Assembly (NCBI RefSeq): GCF_004010195.1
Contig: NC_057715.1
Coordinates: 120,447,673-120,511,672, forward strand
Direction: 5' to 3'
Source of the DNA: Chiloscyllium plagiosum
Lineage: Eukaryota
DNA: 64,000 bases
Below the pieces are notes generated by a model. The model was not told where the DNA came from and searched no databases. It worked only from the letters and a program-made list of their open reading frames with translations. Below are positions 62,741 through 64,000 of this stretch, in pieces (position 1 is the stretch's first letter; each line of letters begins with the position of its first letter). The position numbers and the translations under genes were made by a program.

Positions 62741-63580
62741 NNNNNNNNNNNNNNNNNNNNNNNNNNNNNNNNNNNNNNNNNNNNNNNNNNNNNNNNNNNN
62801 NNNNNNNNNNNNNNNNNNNNNNNNNNNNNNNNNNNNNNNNNNNNNNNNNNNNNNNNNNNNNNNNNNNNNNNNNNNNNNNNNNNNNNNNNNNNNNNNNNNN
62901 NNNNNNNNNNNNNNNNNNNNNNNNNNNNNNNNNNNNNNNNNNNNNNNNNNNNNNNNNNNNNNNNNNNNNNNNNNNNNNNNNNNNNNNNNNNNNNNNNNNN
63001 NNNNNNNNNNNNNNNNNNNNNNNNNNNNNNNNNNNNNNNNNNNNNNNNNNNNNNNNNNNNNNNNNNNNNNNNNNNNNNNNNNNNNNNNNNNNNNNNNNNN
63101 NNNNNNNNNNNNNNNNNNNNNNNNNNNNNNNNNNNNNNNNNNNNNNNNNNNNNNNNNNNNNNNNNNNNNNNNNNNNNNNNNNNNNNNNNNNNNNNNNNNN
63201 NNNNNNNNNNNNNNNNNNNNNNNNNNNNNNNNNNNNNNNNNNNNNNNNNNNNNNNNNNNNNNNNNNNNNNNNNNNNNNNNNNNNNNNNNNNNNNNNNNNN
63301 NNNNNNNNNNNNNNNNNNNNNNNNNNNNNNNNNNNNNNNNNNNNNNNNNNNNNNNNNNNNNNNNNNNNNNNNNNNNNNNNNNNNNNNNNNNNNNNNNNNN
63401 NNNNNNNNNNNNNNNNNNNNNNNNNNNNNNNNNNNNNNNNNNNNNNNNNNNNNNNNNNNNNNNNNNNNNNNNNNNNNNNNNNNNNNNNNNNNNNNNNNNN
63501 NNNNNNNNNNNNNNNNNNNNNNNNNNNNNNNNNNNNNNNNNNNNNNNNNNNNNNNNNNNNNNNNNNNNNNNNNNNNNNNN

Positions 63581-63735
63581 TGACTGTGGGAGGAAACCGG
63601 AGCACCCGGAGGAAACCCACGCAGACACGGAGAGAATGTGCAAACTCCACACAGACAGTTGCCTGAGTCGGGAATTGAACCCGGATCTCTGGCGCTGCGA
63701 GGCAGCAGTGCTAACCACTGTGCCACCGTGCCGCC
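63581..63735 (-). mobile_element. HE1-like SINE 5' half (rest in gap)
   Basis: GGCACGGTGGCACAGTGGTTAG...GGTTCAATTCCC on the minus strand. Confidence 0.88.
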
Positions 63736-64000
63736 CATGGGGTTTCAAGTACAGAAATCTTTCTCAGTGGCAAGATAAGTTAAGAAGGCTTTTAAGCAAC
63801 AGTGTGTGGGCACCATGACTTTATTTGTGAAAACGTAAAGCGTAAAAGCAAGTCGGTTTTAGTAAACCTTTTATAAAACACTGAGGCCTCAGTTGTAGTA
63901 TTGTCTTTAACCTGGACACCACACTTTAGGACAAGTGTCATAACCTTGGAGAGGGTGTAGAGGCATTTTCTTAGAAGAGACTGAAATACTTCAATGACAT

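Overview
Repeat-rich vertebrate genomic DNA with six N gaps. The HE1-type SINEs, CR1 LINEs and Penelope families point to a shark (cartilaginous fish). I reconstructed three spliced host genes by hand. (1) A PIWIL1-like gene on the minus strand: an RA/RG-rich N-terminal exon at 21549-21629 and four exons from the MID and PIWI domains between 13892 and 2738. Its N/PAZ/L2 exons are not visible and probably lie in the 17119-17618 gap, and its 3' exons are off the window start. (2) A complete 8-exon, 403-aa domesticated gypsy-type integrase gene (GIN2-like, minus strand, 42383-31575) with an intact HHCC finger and the DDE triad replaced by N/N/D. (3) OGFOD2 on the plus strand, six coding exons from 51423 to 61985, with the last exon beyond the visible sequence. 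GIN2-like and OGFOD2 are head-to-head but separated by a decayed Gmr1-type LTR retrotransposon (integrase upstream of RT) whose 3' LTR remnant abuts the GIN2 promoter. Introns and intergenic DNA carry many CR1 copies, Penelope-like elements, short palindromic Penelope-derived inserts with minimal hammerhead-ribozyme cores and 12-15 bp target-site duplications (TSDs), SINEs, a TA-flanked MITE and a 33-bp minisatellite grown out of a SINE. There is no CRISPR array, rRNA or true tRNA gene. All family and orthology calls come from recognising motifs by eye, not from database searches.
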